Positions 44,759 through 56,073 of a DNA stretch of 64,000 nucleotides are shown here, piece after piece (position 1 is the first letter of the stretch; the number at the start of each line of letters is the position of its first letter). Source of the DNA: Escherichia coli (GTDB taxonomy: Bacteria > Pseudomonadota > Gammaproteobacteria > Enterobacterales > Enterobacteriaceae). The stretch lies in NCBI RefSeq assembly GCF_044647545.1, contig NZ_CP172818.1. One strand, 5' to 3'. The notes beneath the pieces are model-generated. The model was not told the DNA's origin. It saw only the letters and a program-made list of their open reading frames with translations, and did no database searches. A program made the translations under genes and the position numbers.

Positions 44759-46117
44759 TTAATATGCGCGCAGCGTCTGGAAAACCGAGGCCAAAAGACG
44801 TGCGTCTTTGATGCCCGGTTGCGACTCTACAGCAGAATTAAAATCAAGTCCGGCGCAGCCGGTTTGTGCCGCTTCCACGCAGTTATCTGCGCCTAAGCCC
44901 CCCGCCAGCAGAACGTTGCCAAGCGATTGACCGTTTAACAGTGACCAGTCGAAACGTTGTCCGCTCCCGCCCTGACCGTTGTCGAATACATATTTATCGA
45001 TGTGCTGAAAATCGCGCGCGGGAAGAGTTTCACCGACACTTAAAGCCTTCCAGATGGCGACGTGTGCTGGCAGAGCCTCACGCAGAGTGTCGATATACAG
45101 CTGATCTTCATTACCATGCAGTTGCACTGCCGCCAGCGATAACACCTTAGCTTTGTCCACCACATCGGCAATATCGTGATTGCGGAACACGCCAACATAC
45201 TGCAACGGTGCCGCAGCCATCACTTCCTGCGCCTGTTCAACGTTGACGCAACGCGGTGATGTCGCAACAAAAATCAACCCACCGTAAATCGCGCCCGCGT
45301 CATAAGCTGCTTTAGCATCTTGCCCACGCGTCAGGCCACACACTTTATTCTCACCCAGCAACACCCGGCGCACGGCGGCGTTCAAATCGTCATGGGCCAT
45401 CAACGCCGAACCAATCAGAAAACCGTTAGCGAAGTGGCTTAACTCGCGCACCTGGGCGTAAGTATTGATGCCGGATTCGCTGATTACCGTCACGTTGTGC
45501 CCAAGCTTCGGCGCAAGCTCGCGGGTACGGTTGAGATCAATCGACAAATCACGCAGATCGCGGTTGTTGATGCCAACGACCTTTGCCCCCAATGCAATGG
45601 CGCGCTCCAGTTCCTCTTCATTACTGACTTCAGTCAGCACACCCATCTCCAGACTGTGGGCGACAGCAGCAAGCTGGCGATATTGTTCGTCATCCAGTAC
45701 TGAAAGCATTAATAAACAGGCATCAGCCTGGTAATAGCGCGCCAGATAGATCTGGTAAGGATCGATAATGAAGTCTTTACATAAAATCGGCTGCGGGGCG
45801 ATTTGGCTGACGATAGGGAGGAAATCAAAGCTCCCCTGAAAATATTTCTCATCAGTCAGCACTGAAATTGCCGAAGCGTAATGTTTATAAATGGCAGCAA
45901 TGCGTGCCGGATCGAAATCATCACGGATCACGCCTTTTGACGGCGACGCTTTTTTGCACTCCAGAATAAACGCCGTGCGTGCACCCTGTAGCGCATCATA
46001 AAAATGTCGCGTGCTCGGCTGAATCTCATTCTGAAAACTGGCCAGCGGTTGCTGCTGTTTGCGGGCTTCTACCCAAATCGCCTTGTCTGCGACGATTTTC
46101 GCTAAAACGGTTTGCAT
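44759..46117 (-). CDS. trpC: Bifunctional indole-3-glycerol-phosphate synthase / phosphoribosylanthranilate isomerase TrpC
   Basis: 452-aa [32 protein letters not shown]... from the ATG at 46117. Confidence 0.95.
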   Translation of the reverse strand: MQTVLAKIVADKAIWVEARKQQQPLASFQNEIQPSTRHFYDALQGARTAFILECKKASPSKGVIRDDFDPARIAAIYKHYASAISVLTDEKYFQGSFDFLPIVSQIAPQPILCKDFIIDPYQIYLARYYQADACLLMLSVLDDEQYRQLAAVAHSLEMGVLTEVSNEEELERAIALGAKVVGINNRDLRDLSIDLNRTRELAPKLGHNVTVISESGINTYAQVRELSHFANGFLIGSALMAHDDLNAAVRRVLLGENKVCGLTRGQDAKAAYDAGAIYGGLIFVATSPRCVNVEQAQEVMAAAPLQYVGVFRNHDIADVVDKAKVLSLAAVQLHGNEDQLYIDTLREALPAHVAIWKALSVGETLPARDFQHIDKYVFDNGQGGSGQRFDWSLLNGQSLGNVLLAGGLGADNCVEAAQTGCAGLDFNSAVESQPGIKDARLLASVFQTLRAY

Positions 46118-46120
46118 TAT

Positions 46121-47716
46121 TTACCCTCGTGCCGCCAGTGCGGTGACTCTGTCGTAAGCGGAACCACTGCGCAGTACCTCAAGAACGGTTTGCGCATTGG
46201 CTTGCAGATCTTCATGGCCATGCAGGCGCATTAACATGGCGACATTCGCCGCGACGGCTGCTTCGTGAGCGGCGTCGCCTTTACCTTGTAACAAGCGTGT
46301 TAAAATGTCACGGTTTTCTTCCGGTGTTCCGCCTGCCAGTTGCTCCTGGTGGTAGGGTGTCAGGCCAAAATCTTCAGCGGTCAATTGATAGCTCTTAATT
46401 TCGCCGTCATGCAGTTCGGCAACGATTGTCGGCGCGTGTAATGAAACTTCATCCATCCCGCCGCTGTGCACCACCGCCGCGCGTTGATACCCCAGCACGC
46501 GCAAGGTTTCGGCAATCGGCAGCACCAGTTCCGGACTATAAACACCAATTAGCGCCAGCGGCGGATGCGCCGGGTTAATCAATGGCCCCAGCACATTGAA
46601 CAGAGTGCGGGTTTTCAGTTGCTGGCGAACCGGCATCGCATGGCGGAATCCGGTGTGATATTTCGGCGCAAAGAGGAAACAGACGCCTAACTCATCCAGC
46701 GCCTGGCGCGATTTATCGGCGTTCATATCAAGATTAATACCGAACGCCGCCAGCAGATCCGACGAGCCGGATTTACTGGAGACGCTACGGTTGCCGTGTT
46801 TCGCCACTTTCAGCCCACAGGCCGCGGCGACAAACGCACTGGCGGTAGAAATATTGATGCTGTTACTGCCGTCACCGCCGGTGCCGACGATATCGGCAAA
46901 CAGATAATCAGGGCGTGGGAACGGCGCGGCGTTTTCCAGTAGCGCGGTTGCTGCCCCGGCGATCTCGTTCGGGTGCTCACCGCGAATTTTCATGCTCACC
47001 AGCGCCGCCGCCAGTTGTTCCGGCTTCAGCTCGCCACGTACCACCGCTGAAAACAGCTGGTGGCTTTCTTGTTGGCTAAGCGTCTGTGCCTGATACAGTT
47101 TTTCCAGAATCGGTTGCAGCGTGTTGGTTGGCTCTAGTTTCTGCTGCGCCCAGGCCAGCGTTTGTTCCAGCAGGCGAGCGCCCTGGGTAGTAAGAATGGA
47201 TTCCGGATGGAACTGGAATCCACAAACGCGATCCGCATCATGACGCACCGCCATCACCATGCCATTAAAATGGGCGTTGATGGTTAAACCGGCCGGAATA
47301 TTACTGCCAACCAGCGAGTGATAACGCGCCACTGGCAGCGGGTTTGTTAATCCGGCAAACATCGCCTGACCGTCATGTTCAATGCTCGACGCTTTACCGT
47401 GAAGAATTTCGCCCGCCTGACCGACATAGCCCCCGTAAGCTTCGACAATCGCCTGATGACCGAGGCAAATGCCAATAATTGGCAGCTTGCCGCGCAGGCG
47501 GGTGAGGAGTTCCGGCATACAACCGGCTTCGCTCGGCACACCGGGGCCAGGAGAGAGCATCAGCACCGGATTGCTCATCGTCGCCAGGCGTTCAATTAAG
47601 GTCTGCGCCGGAATATGGTTGCGGTAAATCACCACGTTATGCCCATTGCTGCGCAACTGATCTGCCAGGTTGTAAGTAAAAGAATCGATATTATCGAGTA
47701 GCAGAATGTCAGCCAT
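46121..47716 (-). CDS. trpD: Anthranilate synthase component II / anthranilate phosphoribosyltransferase TrpD (531 aa)
   Basis: 531-aa [37 protein letters not shown]... Confidence 0.97.
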   Translation of the reverse strand: MADILLLDNIDSFTYNLADQLRSNGHNVVIYRNHIPAQTLIERLATMSNPVLMLSPGPGVPSEAGCMPELLTRLRGKLPIIGICLGHQAIVEAYGGYVGQAGEILHGKASSIEHDGQAMFAGLTNPLPVARYHSLVGSNIPAGLTINAHFNGMVMAVRHDADRVCGFQFHPESILTTQGARLLEQTLAWAQQKLEPTNTLQPILEKLYQAQTLSQQESHQLFSAVVRGELKPEQLAAALVSMKIRGEHPNEIAGAATALLENAAPFPRPDYLFADIVGTGGDGSNSINISTASAFVAAACGLKVAKHGNRSVSSKSGSSDLLAAFGINLDMNADKSRQALDELGVCFLFAPKYHTGFRHAMPVRQQLKTRTLFNVLGPLINPAHPPLALIGVYSPELVLPIAETLRVLGYQRAAVVHSGGMDEVSLHAPTIVAELHDGEIKSYQLTAEDFGLTPYHQEQLAGGTPEENRDILTRLLQGKGDAAHEAAVAANVAMLMRLHGHEDLQANAQTVLEVLRSGSAYDRVTALAARG

Positions 47717-49278
47717 CAGAAAGTCTCCTGTGCATGATGCGCGGTGGCAATAGCGCGCAGTACAGCGCGGGCTTTATTACGGGTTTCGTCGGCTTCCGAC
47801 TGCGGAACAGAATCAAGGACTACGCCAGCACCGGCTTGCACGGTGGCGATACCGTTTTCCACGAGCGCCGAGCGGATCACAATGCAGGTGTCGAGATCGC
47901 CATTTGCGGTGAAATAACCTACCGCGCCGCCGTAGCTGCCGCGGCGACGACCTTCTGCTTCGGCAATTAACTGCATAGCGCGTACTTTCGGCGCACCGCT
48001 TAACGTCCCCATATTCATACAGGCGCGGTAAGCGTGCAGGGCGTCGAGATCGTGGCGCAGCTCACCGACAACGCGGGAGACCAGGTGCATCACGTAAGAG
48101 TAACGGTCTACTTTGGTGAGATCGGCGACGTAGCGGCTGCCGGGTGTGCAAATGCGTGCCAGGTCATTACGGGCGAGATCCACCAGCATCAGATGTTCAG
48201 AAAGCTCTTTATGATCGGTACGCATCTCCAGTTCGATGCGGCTGTCGAGGTCTCTGTCCAGTGAACCATCGGCACGACGACCGCGTGGACGTGTTCCGGC
48301 AATCGGGTAAATCTCAATCTGGCGGCTGGTGGCGTCATACTTGAGCGAACTTTCCGGCGACGCGCCAAACAGGGTGAAATCATTATCCTGCATAAAAAAC
48401 ATGTACGGGCTGGGATTACTCTTTTTCAGCACGTAATAGGCCGCCAGCGGTGACGGGCAGGGCAGAGAGAAACGGCGAGATGGCACCACCTGGAAAATTT
48501 CTCCGGCGCGAATCGCTTTTTGCAACGAACGCACTACGCCACCGAACTCTTCATCGCTCTGATTACATTCACAAAGCATATGCGGCACGGAAACTACCGG
48601 CAGCGGTGGCGCGGTTTCGGTCAGTTGCTGGCGAAGTTCGTTCAGGCGAGCAGTGAGACGTTGTTTTTCTTCTTCATTTGGAGTAAACAGGCTGGCCTGA
48701 ATGCGGGTGCTTTTCTTCTGATGGTCAATCACCATCAGCGTTTCAGCGAGATAAAAACAGAAATCAGGGCAGTTATTTTCCGCTGACAATTGCGGTAAAT
48801 CTTCAAATCCCGCCACAATGTCATAAGAGAACAGGCCGCCGAAGAACATTGCTTCTCGTTCTTCCTTCGGTACATTCAACAGATTCTGCAATATGCGGAA
48901 AGCGTCAAAAACCGAAAGGGAGCATAAGCGGGCGTCTTCATCCAGCAATGGACTGACAGGGGGGAAGCGCAGCACGCGGCAGTTTGGTGATTGTTCATTT
49001 TCCACACCCGCAGGCAGGGCGTTATCCAGTAATGCCAGCAGAGCTTCGCCATTGCCGGAAAGTGCCTGAATAGTGACAGTGTCACCTAATGCTGTAATGC
49101 GCAGCGCACTGTCCACTAGCAATAGACTTTTTAAATCATCTTTGCTGTCGATATCTGCGGATTCCAGCAGCAGCGTTGCCGGACGATCCCCACACAACTG
49201 GTGAAAAAGCGCAGTCGGGTTGTCGCGATAAGCGCCTTTGCAAGTTAGCAGTTCGAGAGTCGGTTTTTGTGTTTGCAT
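47716..49278 (-). CDS. trpE: Anthranilate synthase component I TrpE (520 aa)
   Basis: 520-aa [56 protein letters not shown]...; 1-nt overlap with trpD. Confidence 0.97.
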   Translation of the reverse strand: MQTQKPTLELLTCKGAYRDNPTALFHQLCGDRPATLLLESADIDSKDDLKSLLLVDSALRITALGDTVTIQALSGNGEALLALLDNALPAGVENEQSPNCRVLRFPPVSPLLDEDARLCSLSVFDAFRILQNLLNVPKEEREAMFFGGLFSYDIVAGFEDLPQLSAENNCPDFCFYLAETLMVIDHQKKSTRIQASLFTPNEEEKQRLTARLNELRQQLTETAPPLPVVSVPHMLCECNQSDEEFGGVVRSLQKAIRAGEIFQVVPSRRFSLPCPSPLAAYYVLKKSNPSPYMFFMQDNDFTLFGASPESSLKYDATSRQIEIYPIAGTRPRGRRADGSLDRDLDSRIELEMRTDHKELSEHLMLVDLARNDLARICTPGSRYVADLTKVDRYSYVMHLVSRVVGELRHDLDALHAYRACMNMGTLSGAPKVRAMQLIAEAEGRRRGSYGGAVGYFTANGDLDTCIVIRSALVENGIATVQAGAGVVLDSVPQSEADETRNKARAVLRAIATAHHAQETF

Positions 49279-49298
49279 TGTTATTCTCTAATTTTGTT

Positions 49299-49330
49299 CA
49301 AAAAAAAGCCCGCTCATTAGGCGGGCTGGG
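49299..49330 (-). terminator. trp attenuator (leader terminator 3:4 hairpin)
   Basis: Minus sense AGCCCGCCTAATGAGCGGGCTTTTTTTT located between trpL and trpE. Confidence 0.9.
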
Positions 49331-49369
49331 TATCTGATTGCTTTACGCATGGTGAATACACTGCCCGTT

Positions 49370-49414
49370 TCAGGAAGTGCGCCACCAACCTTTCAGTACG
49401 AAAATTGCTTTCAT
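49370..49414 (-). CDS. trpL: trp leader peptide (14 aa, tandem Trp codons)
   Basis: ATGAAAGCAATTTTCGTACTGAAAGGTTGGTGGCGCACTTCCTGA = [14 protein letters not shown]. Confidence 0.95.
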
Positions 49415-49441
49415 TGTCGATACCCTTTTTACGTGAACTTG

Positions 49442-49480
49442 CGTACTAGTTAACTAGTTCGGTGATTAATTGTCAACAGC
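49442..49480 (-). promoter_or_regulatory. trp promoter with TrpR operator
   Basis: Minus sense TGTTGACAATTAATCA(C)CGAACTAGTTAACTAGTACGCAAG: -35 TTGACA (plus 49471-49476) and the palindromic operator CGAACTAGTTAACTAGTACG (plus 49442-49461). Confidence 0.9.
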
Positions 49481-49551
49481 TCATTTCAGAATATTTGCCA
49501 GAACCGTTATGATGTCGGCGCAAAAAACATTATCCAGAACGGGAGTGCGCC

Positions 49552-50433
49552 TTGAGCGACACGAATTACGCAGTGATTTACGACCTGCACAGCCATACCA
49601 CAGCTTCCGATGGCTGCCTGACGCCAGAAGCATTGGTGCACCGTGCAGTCGAGATGCGCGTCGGCACCCTGGCGATCACCGACCATGACACCACAGCTGC
49701 AATTGCACCAGCAAGAGAGGAAATTTCACGTTCGGGACTGGCGCTGAATCTTATTCCTGGTGTGGAAATTTCCACGGTCTGGGAAAATCATGAAATTCAT
49801 ATTGTCGGGCTGAATATTGATATTACTCATCCGCTAATGTGTGAGTTCCTCGCGCAGCAGACAGAACGGCGCAATCAGCGGGCGCAGCTGATTGCCGAAA
49901 GACTTGAAAAAGCGCAAATACCTGGGGCACTGGAAGGCGCGCAACGACTGGCGCAGGGCGGTGCGGTGACGCGCGGTCATTTTGCTCGTTTCCTTGTGGA
50001 GTGCGGAAAAGCCAGTTCAATGGCGGATGTCTTTAAAAAGTATCTGGCGCGCGGGAAAACCGGATACGTTCCGCCACAGTGGTGTACAATAGAACAAGCT
50101 ATTGATGTCATTCATCATTCTGGCGGTAAGGCGGTGCTAGCTCATCCTGGGCGGTACAATCTTAGTGCTAAATGGCTGAAAAGATTGGTTGCGCATTTTG
50201 CCGAACACCACGGCGACGCGATGGAAGTCGCGCAGTGCCAGCAATCGCCCAATGAACGCACCCAGCTGGCGACACTTGCGCGTCAGCATCATTTATGGGC
50301 ATCACAAGGATCTGATTTTCATCAGCCATGCCCGTGGATCGAACTGGGTCGTAAACTCTGGCTGCCCGCAGGCGTTGAAGGCGTCTGGCAGCTATGGGAA
50401 CAGCCGCAGAACACCACAGAGAGGGAATTATGA
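49552..50433 (+). CDS. trpH: PHP-domain 5'-3' exoribonuclease TrpH/YciV (293 aa)
   Basis: 293-aa ORF MSDTNYAVIYDLHSHTTASDGCLTPEALVHRAVEMRVGTLAITDHDT... (PHP motif). Confidence 0.9.
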   Translation: MSDTNYAVIYDLHSHTTASDGCLTPEALVHRAVEMRVGTLAITDHDTTAAIAPAREEISRSGLALNLIPGVEISTVWENHEIHIVGLNIDITHPLMCEFLAQQTERRNQRAQLIAERLEKAQIPGALEGAQRLAQGGAVTRGHFARFLVECGKASSMADVFKKYLARGKTGYVPPQWCTIEQAIDVIHHSGGKAVLAHPGRYNLSAKWLKRLVAHFAEHHGDAMEVAQCQQSPNERTQLATLARQHHLWASQGSDFHQPCPWIELGRKLWLPAGVEGVWQLWEQPQNTTEREL

Positions 50434-51050
50434 GCCAGTTTTTTTATATTCATCCTGATAACCCGCAGCAACGTCTGATCAACCAGGCGGTGGAGATCGT
50501 GCGTAAAGGCGGGGTGATTGTTTATCCAACTGATTCCGGCTATGCGCTCGGCTGTAAAATTGAAGATAAAAACGCGATGGAGCGTATTTGTCGTATTCGC
50601 CAGCTGCCGGACGGTCACAACTTTACCCTGATGTGTCGCGATCTTTCTGAACTCTCGACCTATTCATTTGTCGATAACGTTGCGTTTCGTTTAATGAAAA
50701 ACAACACGCCGGGCAACTATACCTTCATCCTGAAGGGGACGAAGGAAGTGCCACGCCGTCTGTTGCAGGAAAAACGCAAAACCATCGGTATGCGTGTGCC
50801 GTCTAACCCGATTGCGCAGGCGTTGCTTGAAGCACTGGGCGAACCGATGCTTTCCACTTCGCTAATGCTGCCAGGCAGCGAATTTACCGAATCCGATCCC
50901 GAAGAAATTAAAGACCGTCTGGAAAAACAGGTAGATTTGATTATTCACGGCGGCTATCTCGGGCAGAAACCAACAACGGTTATTGATCTTACTGATGATA
51001 CGCCGGTCGTGGTGCGTGAAGGCGTAGGTGATGTGAAGCCTTTCTTATAA
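50430..51050 (+). CDS. yciO: Sua5/YciO/YrdC-family protein YciO (206 aa)
   Basis: ORF 50394-51050; product MSQFFYIHPDNPQQRLINQAVEIVRKGGVIVYPTDSGYALGC... from the ATG at 50430, overlapping the trpH stop. Confidence 0.9.
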   Translation: MSQFFYIHPDNPQQRLINQAVEIVRKGGVIVYPTDSGYALGCKIEDKNAMERICRIRQLPDGHNFTLMCRDLSELSTYSFVDNVAFRLMKNNTPGNYTFILKGTKEVPRRLLQEKRKTIGMRVPSNPIAQALLEALGEPMLSTSLMLPGSEFTESDPEEIKDRLEKQVDLIIHGGYLGQKPTTVIDLTDDTPVVVREGVGDVKPFL

Positions 51051-51077
51051 CAAATTGCGTTCCACGGATGGAAGACT

Positions 51078-52967
51078 ATGGCAGGGAAGTTTCGCTGCAT
51101 TTTGCTGTTGATAGCAGGGCTTTTTTTCTCTTCGTTGAGTTATGCGAAAAACACGGAGATCCCTTCTTATGAAGAAGGGATCTCGCTCTTTGATGTTGAA
51201 GCCACTCTGCAACCGGATGGGGTGCTCGACATCAAAGAAAATATTCATTTTCAGGCGCGAAATCAGCAGATTAAGCACGGATTTTATCGTGATTTACCAC
51301 GACTCTGGATGCAGCCTGATGGGGACGCTGCACTGCTGAACTATCATATTGTTGGCGTCACCCGTGATGGTATTCCTGAACCCTGGCATCTTGACTGGCA
51401 TATCGGGTTAATGAGTATTGTCGTGGGCGATAAACAACGTTTCTTGCCTCAAGGCGACTATCATTATCAAATTCATTATCAGGTTAAAAATGCTTTCCTG
51501 CGTGAAGGGGATTCTGATCTGCTAATCTGGAACGTGACCGGTAACCACTGGCCGTTTGAAATTTATAAAACCCTATTTTCACTCAAGTTGCCTGATATTG
51601 CGGGTAATCCATTTAGCGAAATCGATCTCTTTACTGGAGAAGAGGGCGACACATATCGAAATGGCCGCATCCTTGAGGACGGAAGAATTGAATCCCGCGA
51701 TCCGTTTTATCGTGAAGATTTCACGGTACTCTACCGCTGGCCTCACGCTTTACTTAGCAATGCCCCGGCTCCACAAACGACGAATATTTTCAGCCATCTT
51801 CTTTTACCCTCCACGTCATCGTTGTTAATTTGGTTTCCTTGTCTATTCCTGGTTTGTGGATGGTTATATCTCTGGAAGCGCAGGCCGCAATTTACGCCGG
51901 TAGATGTGATTGAAACCGATGTCATTCCGCAAGATTACACACCCGGCATGTTACGTCTCGATGCGAAGCTGGTTTACGACGATAAAGGTTTTTGTGCCGA
52001 TATCGTAAATCTGATTGTGAAAGGAAAAATTCATCTGGAAGATCAGTATGATAAGAACCAGCAAATCCTGATTCGTGTTAATGAAGGCGCGACCAGAAAT
52101 AATGCGGTATTACTGCCCGCAGAGCAGTTATTACTGGAAGCGTTATTTCGTAAAGGCGATAAGGTCGTTCTTACGGGTAGACGCAACAGCGTCTTACGCA
52201 AGGCATTTTTACGGATGCAGAAATTTTATCTGCCGCGTAAAAAGTCTTCGTTTTACCGACCTGATGCGTTTTTGCAATGGGGCGGAATGGCAATATTGGC
52301 GGTCATTCTCTACGGTAACCTGAGTCCCGTAGGCTGGGCAGGAATGAGTCTGGTTGGCGATATGTTTATTATGATCTGCTGGCTTCTTCCTTTCTTATTT
52401 TGTTCCCTTGAGCTTTTGTTTGCCCGCGATGATGACAAGCCTTGCGTTAATCGTGTAATCATCACTTTGTTTTTACCGCTGATTTGTTCAGGCGTGGCCT
52501 TTTACTCTCTCTATATCAATGTCGGAGATGTATTCTTTTACTGGTATATGCCAGCGGGTTATTTTAGCGCTGTTTTCCTGACCGGCTATCTCACTGGCAT
52601 GGGGTATATTTTTCTGCCAAAGTTTACCCAAACTGGGCAGCAAAGTTATGCCCACGGTGAAGCTATCGTTAACTATCTTGCGCGTAAAGAGGCAGCAACA
52701 CACAGTGGGCGTCGGCGGAAAGGGGAAACACGGAAACTGGATTACGCGTTGCTAGGTTGGGCAGTCTCGGCAAACCTTGGCAGAGAATGGGCAGCACGTA
52801 TCACGCCGTCACTCACAGCGGCTGTTCGCGCCCCGGAAATTGCCCGTAGTGGCGTTTTATTCTCATTACAGACGCACCTGAGTTGCGGGGCCTATACCAG
52901 TTTGTTGGGGCGGAGCTATTCCGGTGGTGGTTCTGGCGCTGGTGGCGGAGGCGGTAGTGGCTGGTAA
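51078..52967 (+). CDS. yciQ: Membrane protein YciQ (DUF2207 family, 629 aa as read here)
   Basis: 629-aa ORF with an N-terminal signal peptide, internal hydrophobic segments and a Gly-rich C-terminal tail (GGGSGAGGGGGSGW). Confidence 0.85.
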   Translation: MAGKFRCILLLIAGLFFSSLSYAKNTEIPSYEEGISLFDVEATLQPDGVLDIKENIHFQARNQQIKHGFYRDLPRLWMQPDGDAALLNYHIVGVTRDGIPEPWHLDWHIGLMSIVVGDKQRFLPQGDYHYQIHYQVKNAFLREGDSDLLIWNVTGNHWPFEIYKTLFSLKLPDIAGNPFSEIDLFTGEEGDTYRNGRILEDGRIESRDPFYREDFTVLYRWPHALLSNAPAPQTTNIFSHLLLPSTSSLLIWFPCLFLVCGWLYLWKRRPQFTPVDVIETDVIPQDYTPGMLRLDAKLVYDDKGFCADIVNLIVKGKIHLEDQYDKNQQILIRVNEGATRNNAVLLPAEQLLLEALFRKGDKVVLTGRRNSVLRKAFLRMQKFYLPRKKSSFYRPDAFLQWGGMAILAVILYGNLSPVGWAGMSLVGDMFIMICWLLPFLFCSLELLFARDDDKPCVNRVIITLFLPLICSGVAFYSLYINVGDVFFYWYMPAGYFSAVFLTGYLTGMGYIFLPKFTQTGQQSYAHGEAIVNYLARKEAATHSGRRRKGETRKLDYALLGWAVSANLGREWAARITPSLTAAVRAPEIARSGVLFSLQTHLSCGAYTSLLGRSYSGGGSGAGGGGGSGW

Positions 52968-53177
52968 TCAAGCTGATATTAATCGAAACAAGCTTTAACC
53001 ATAAAGATAGTGTAGTATGTTGCGCCTCAAAGCCAGGCCGATAAACGTCGAGTCGTTTACTTAAGGCCTGAAGAGTTCAAACAGACTTTACTATCAGTGA
53101 GTCAGATGTAAGTTCTGACTCACTGTTGCACAAAAGCATATCAGACGCCTGGGAAGGCGACACCAAAAGGAAGCTCT

Positions 53178-54053
53178 ATGAGCGAAAAGCTACAGAAAGT
53201 GCTGGCGCGTGCCGGCCACGGCTCTCGCCGTGAAATCGAATCTATTATTGAAGCCGGTCGTGTGAGTGTTGATGGCAAAATTGCTAAACTCGGCGATCGC
53301 GTTGAAGTTACCCCTGGATTGAAAATCCGTATCGATGGTCACCTGATTTCGGTACGTGAGTCCGCTGAACAAATTTGTCGCGTTCTGGCCTATTACAAAC
53401 CGGAAGGTGAGTTGTGTACCCGTAACGATCCGGAAGGACGTCCAACGGTGTTTGACCGTCTGCCAAAACTGCGTGGCGCACGCTGGATTGCCGTGGGTCG
53501 CCTGGACGTTAACACCTGTGGTCTGCTGCTGTTCACCACCGATGGTGAACTGGCAAACCGTTTAATGCACCCAAGCCGTGAAGTTGAACGTGAATATGCC
53601 GTGCGTGTATTTGGTCAGGTTGACGACGCGAAACTGCGTGATTTGAGTCGTGGCGTGCAGTTGGAAGATGGTCCGGCAGCCTTTAAAACCATCAAGTTCA
53701 GCGGCGGCGAAGGGATCAACCAGTGGTACAACGTTACTCTGACCGAAGGCCGTAACCGTGAAGTTCGTCGTCTTTGGGAAGCGGTTGGTGTGCAGGTGAG
53801 CCGCCTGATCCGTGTTCGTTACGGTGATATCCCACTGCCAAAAGGTCTGCCACGCGGTGGCTGGACGGAGCTGGACCTCGCCCAGACTAACTATCTGCGC
53901 GAACTGGTGGAGCTACCGCCAGAAACCAGCTCTAAAGTCGCTGTAGAAAAAGACCGTCGTCGCATGAAGGCGAATCAGATTCGTCGTGCGGTGAAACGTC
54001 ACAGTCAGGTGAGCGGCGGTCGTCGTTCTGGCGGACGTAATAATAACGGTTAA
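53178..54053 (+). CDS. rluB: 23S rRNA pseudouridine(2605) synthase RluB (291 aa)
   Basis: 291-aa [45 protein letters not shown]... (S4 domain plus RsuA-type catalytic domain, Arg-rich tail). Confidence 0.95.
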
Positions 54054-54466
<413 letters not shown>

Positions 54467-54508
54467 TGCGGATAATGACATGGAATATCCGGCATTATAT
54501 TTACAGCA

Positions 54509-55099
54509 TTAATAATCAATCCCTATTTGCGCCTTAACACCGGCATCAAACGCATGTTTGATGGGGCGCAGCTCACTTACCGTATCCGCCAGTTCGAGTA
54601 TATCCCGATGACAACCACGACCCGTGATAATCACCGTTTGTTGATGTGGACGTTCATTTAACGCCTGCACCACTTCTTCCAGTGGCAAATAGTCATACGC
54701 CACCATATAAGTCAGCTCATCGAGCAAAACCATATCCAGTGAAGGATCGGCCAGCATTCGTTTGGCATGTTGCCAGACTTCACGGCAGGCCGCAGTATCA
54801 GATTCGCGATTTTGTGTATCCCAGGTAAAGCCCGTTGCCATCACCTGAAACTCAACGCCATGTGGCTCCAGTAGATTGCGCTCGCCATTAGGCCAGGTGC
54901 CTTTAATAAACTGCACGACGCCCACTTTTTTGCCATGGCCTACTGCACGAGTTGCCGTACCAAATGCCGCGGTGGTTTTGCCTTTTCCATTGCCGGTAAA
55001 GACGATGATAATACCGCGTTCATCCTGGGCCTGGGCCACACGAGCATCGACTTTTTCTTTCACTCGCTGCTGACGCTGTTGGTAGCGTTCATCACTCAT
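54509..55099 (-). CDS. btuR: Cob(I)yrinic acid a,c-diamide adenosyltransferase BtuR/CobA (196 aa)
   Basis: 196-aa ORF MSDERYQQRQQRVKEKVDARVAQAQDERGIIIVFTGNGKGKTTAAFG...; 4-bp overlap with yciK. Confidence 0.95.
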   Translation of the reverse strand: MSDERYQQRQQRVKEKVDARVAQAQDERGIIIVFTGNGKGKTTAAFGTATRAVGHGKKVGVVQFIKGTWPNGERNLLEPHGVEFQVMATGFTWDTQNRESDTAACREVWQHAKRMLADPSLDMVLLDELTYMVAYDYLPLEEVVQALNERPHQQTVIITGRGCHRDILELADTVSELRPIKHAFDAGVKAQIGIDY

Positions 55100-55854
55100 T
55101 GGGAAATTCCTGGTTTACGGCCCGGTTGGGCGTCAAAGGTCATGCCGGTTTTACGGCGGCTGTCATCGCCCATCAGCCAGAGGTAGAGCGGCATGATATC
55201 AGCGGGTGTTTTAAGTTTCTGTGGATCTTCGGTCGGGAAGGCGCTGGCACGCATTGCGGTGCGCGTACCGCCTGGGTTAATGCAGTTGACGCGCAGGCGC
55301 TGCTGATATTCATCGGCCAGTACCTGCATCATCCCTTCGGTGGCAAATTTCGACGCTGCATATGCGCCCCAGTTGGCTCGTCCCTGACGTCCAACGCTTG
55401 ATGAAGTAAAGACCAGTGAACCGGCGTCCGATTTGAGTAATAAAGGAAGCAGTGCCTGGGTGAGCATAAAGGTGGCATTAACGTTGACCTGCATGACGTC
55501 CTGCCAGACCTGCGGATTTTGTTCGCTCATTGGGCAAACATCGCCGAGCAATCCGGCATTATGCAAAACACCATCCAGACGCGGATAATTAACGGCAATG
55601 CGCTGTGCCAGTTGTTGGCAATCTTCGGACGTGCAGGTCAGCAAATCGAGAATAAACCACTGTGGCTGACGCCCAGTTTCTTCGTTTATGTGGCTGGCTA
55701 CCTGACGTAATTTTTCTTCATTACGGCCCAACAGAATCACTGTCGCACCATAGCGTGCATACGTCATCGCGGCTTCACGACCAATACCATCACTGGCTCC
55801 CGTCACCAGGATAATGCGATCATTGAGTAAATCTTGTTTTGGCTGGTAATGCAT
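55096..55854 (-). CDS. yciK: Short-chain dehydrogenase/reductase YciK (252 aa)
   Basis: 252-aa ORF MHYQPKQDLLNDRIILVTGASDGIGREAAMTYARYGATVILLGR... (Rossmann TGASDGIG motif). Confidence 0.9.
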   Translation of the reverse strand: MHYQPKQDLLNDRIILVTGASDGIGREAAMTYARYGATVILLGRNEEKLRQVASHINEETGRQPQWFILDLLTCTSEDCQQLAQRIAVNYPRLDGVLHNAGLLGDVCPMSEQNPQVWQDVMQVNVNATFMLTQALLPLLLKSDAGSLVFTSSSVGRQGRANWGAYAASKFATEGMMQVLADEYQQRLRVNCINPGGTRTAMRASAFPTEDPQKLKTPADIMPLYLWLMGDDSRRKTGMTFDAQPGRKPGISQ

Positions 55855-56073
55855 GGCTACTCCTCAACGACGTTGTCTGTCGCGCTGCCAGTGTTCTTTA
55901 TGACTTTGGGGCTTTATGCCTGAAACAGAAGGGCATTTCAATCAGCCTGGGGCGATAACACCGCAAAATGGATACTTTGTCATACTTTCGCTGCAATAAC
56001 ATCTCTGCGAGACGGCTTAACATGCCTGTTGTAAACTGTGAGCCAAAGCGTTGTTTAACCAAGGTGGGGACTC

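Noticed and set aside
46115-46123. Possible start-codon substitution at the trpD-trpC junction (ATA ATG rather than ATG ATG)
   Set aside because: The window gives a 452-aa TrpC from the ATG at 46117, while I vaguely recall a 453-aa product starting MMQ. I cannot confirm the reference codon from memory, and the change would be functionally silent, so I do not claim it.
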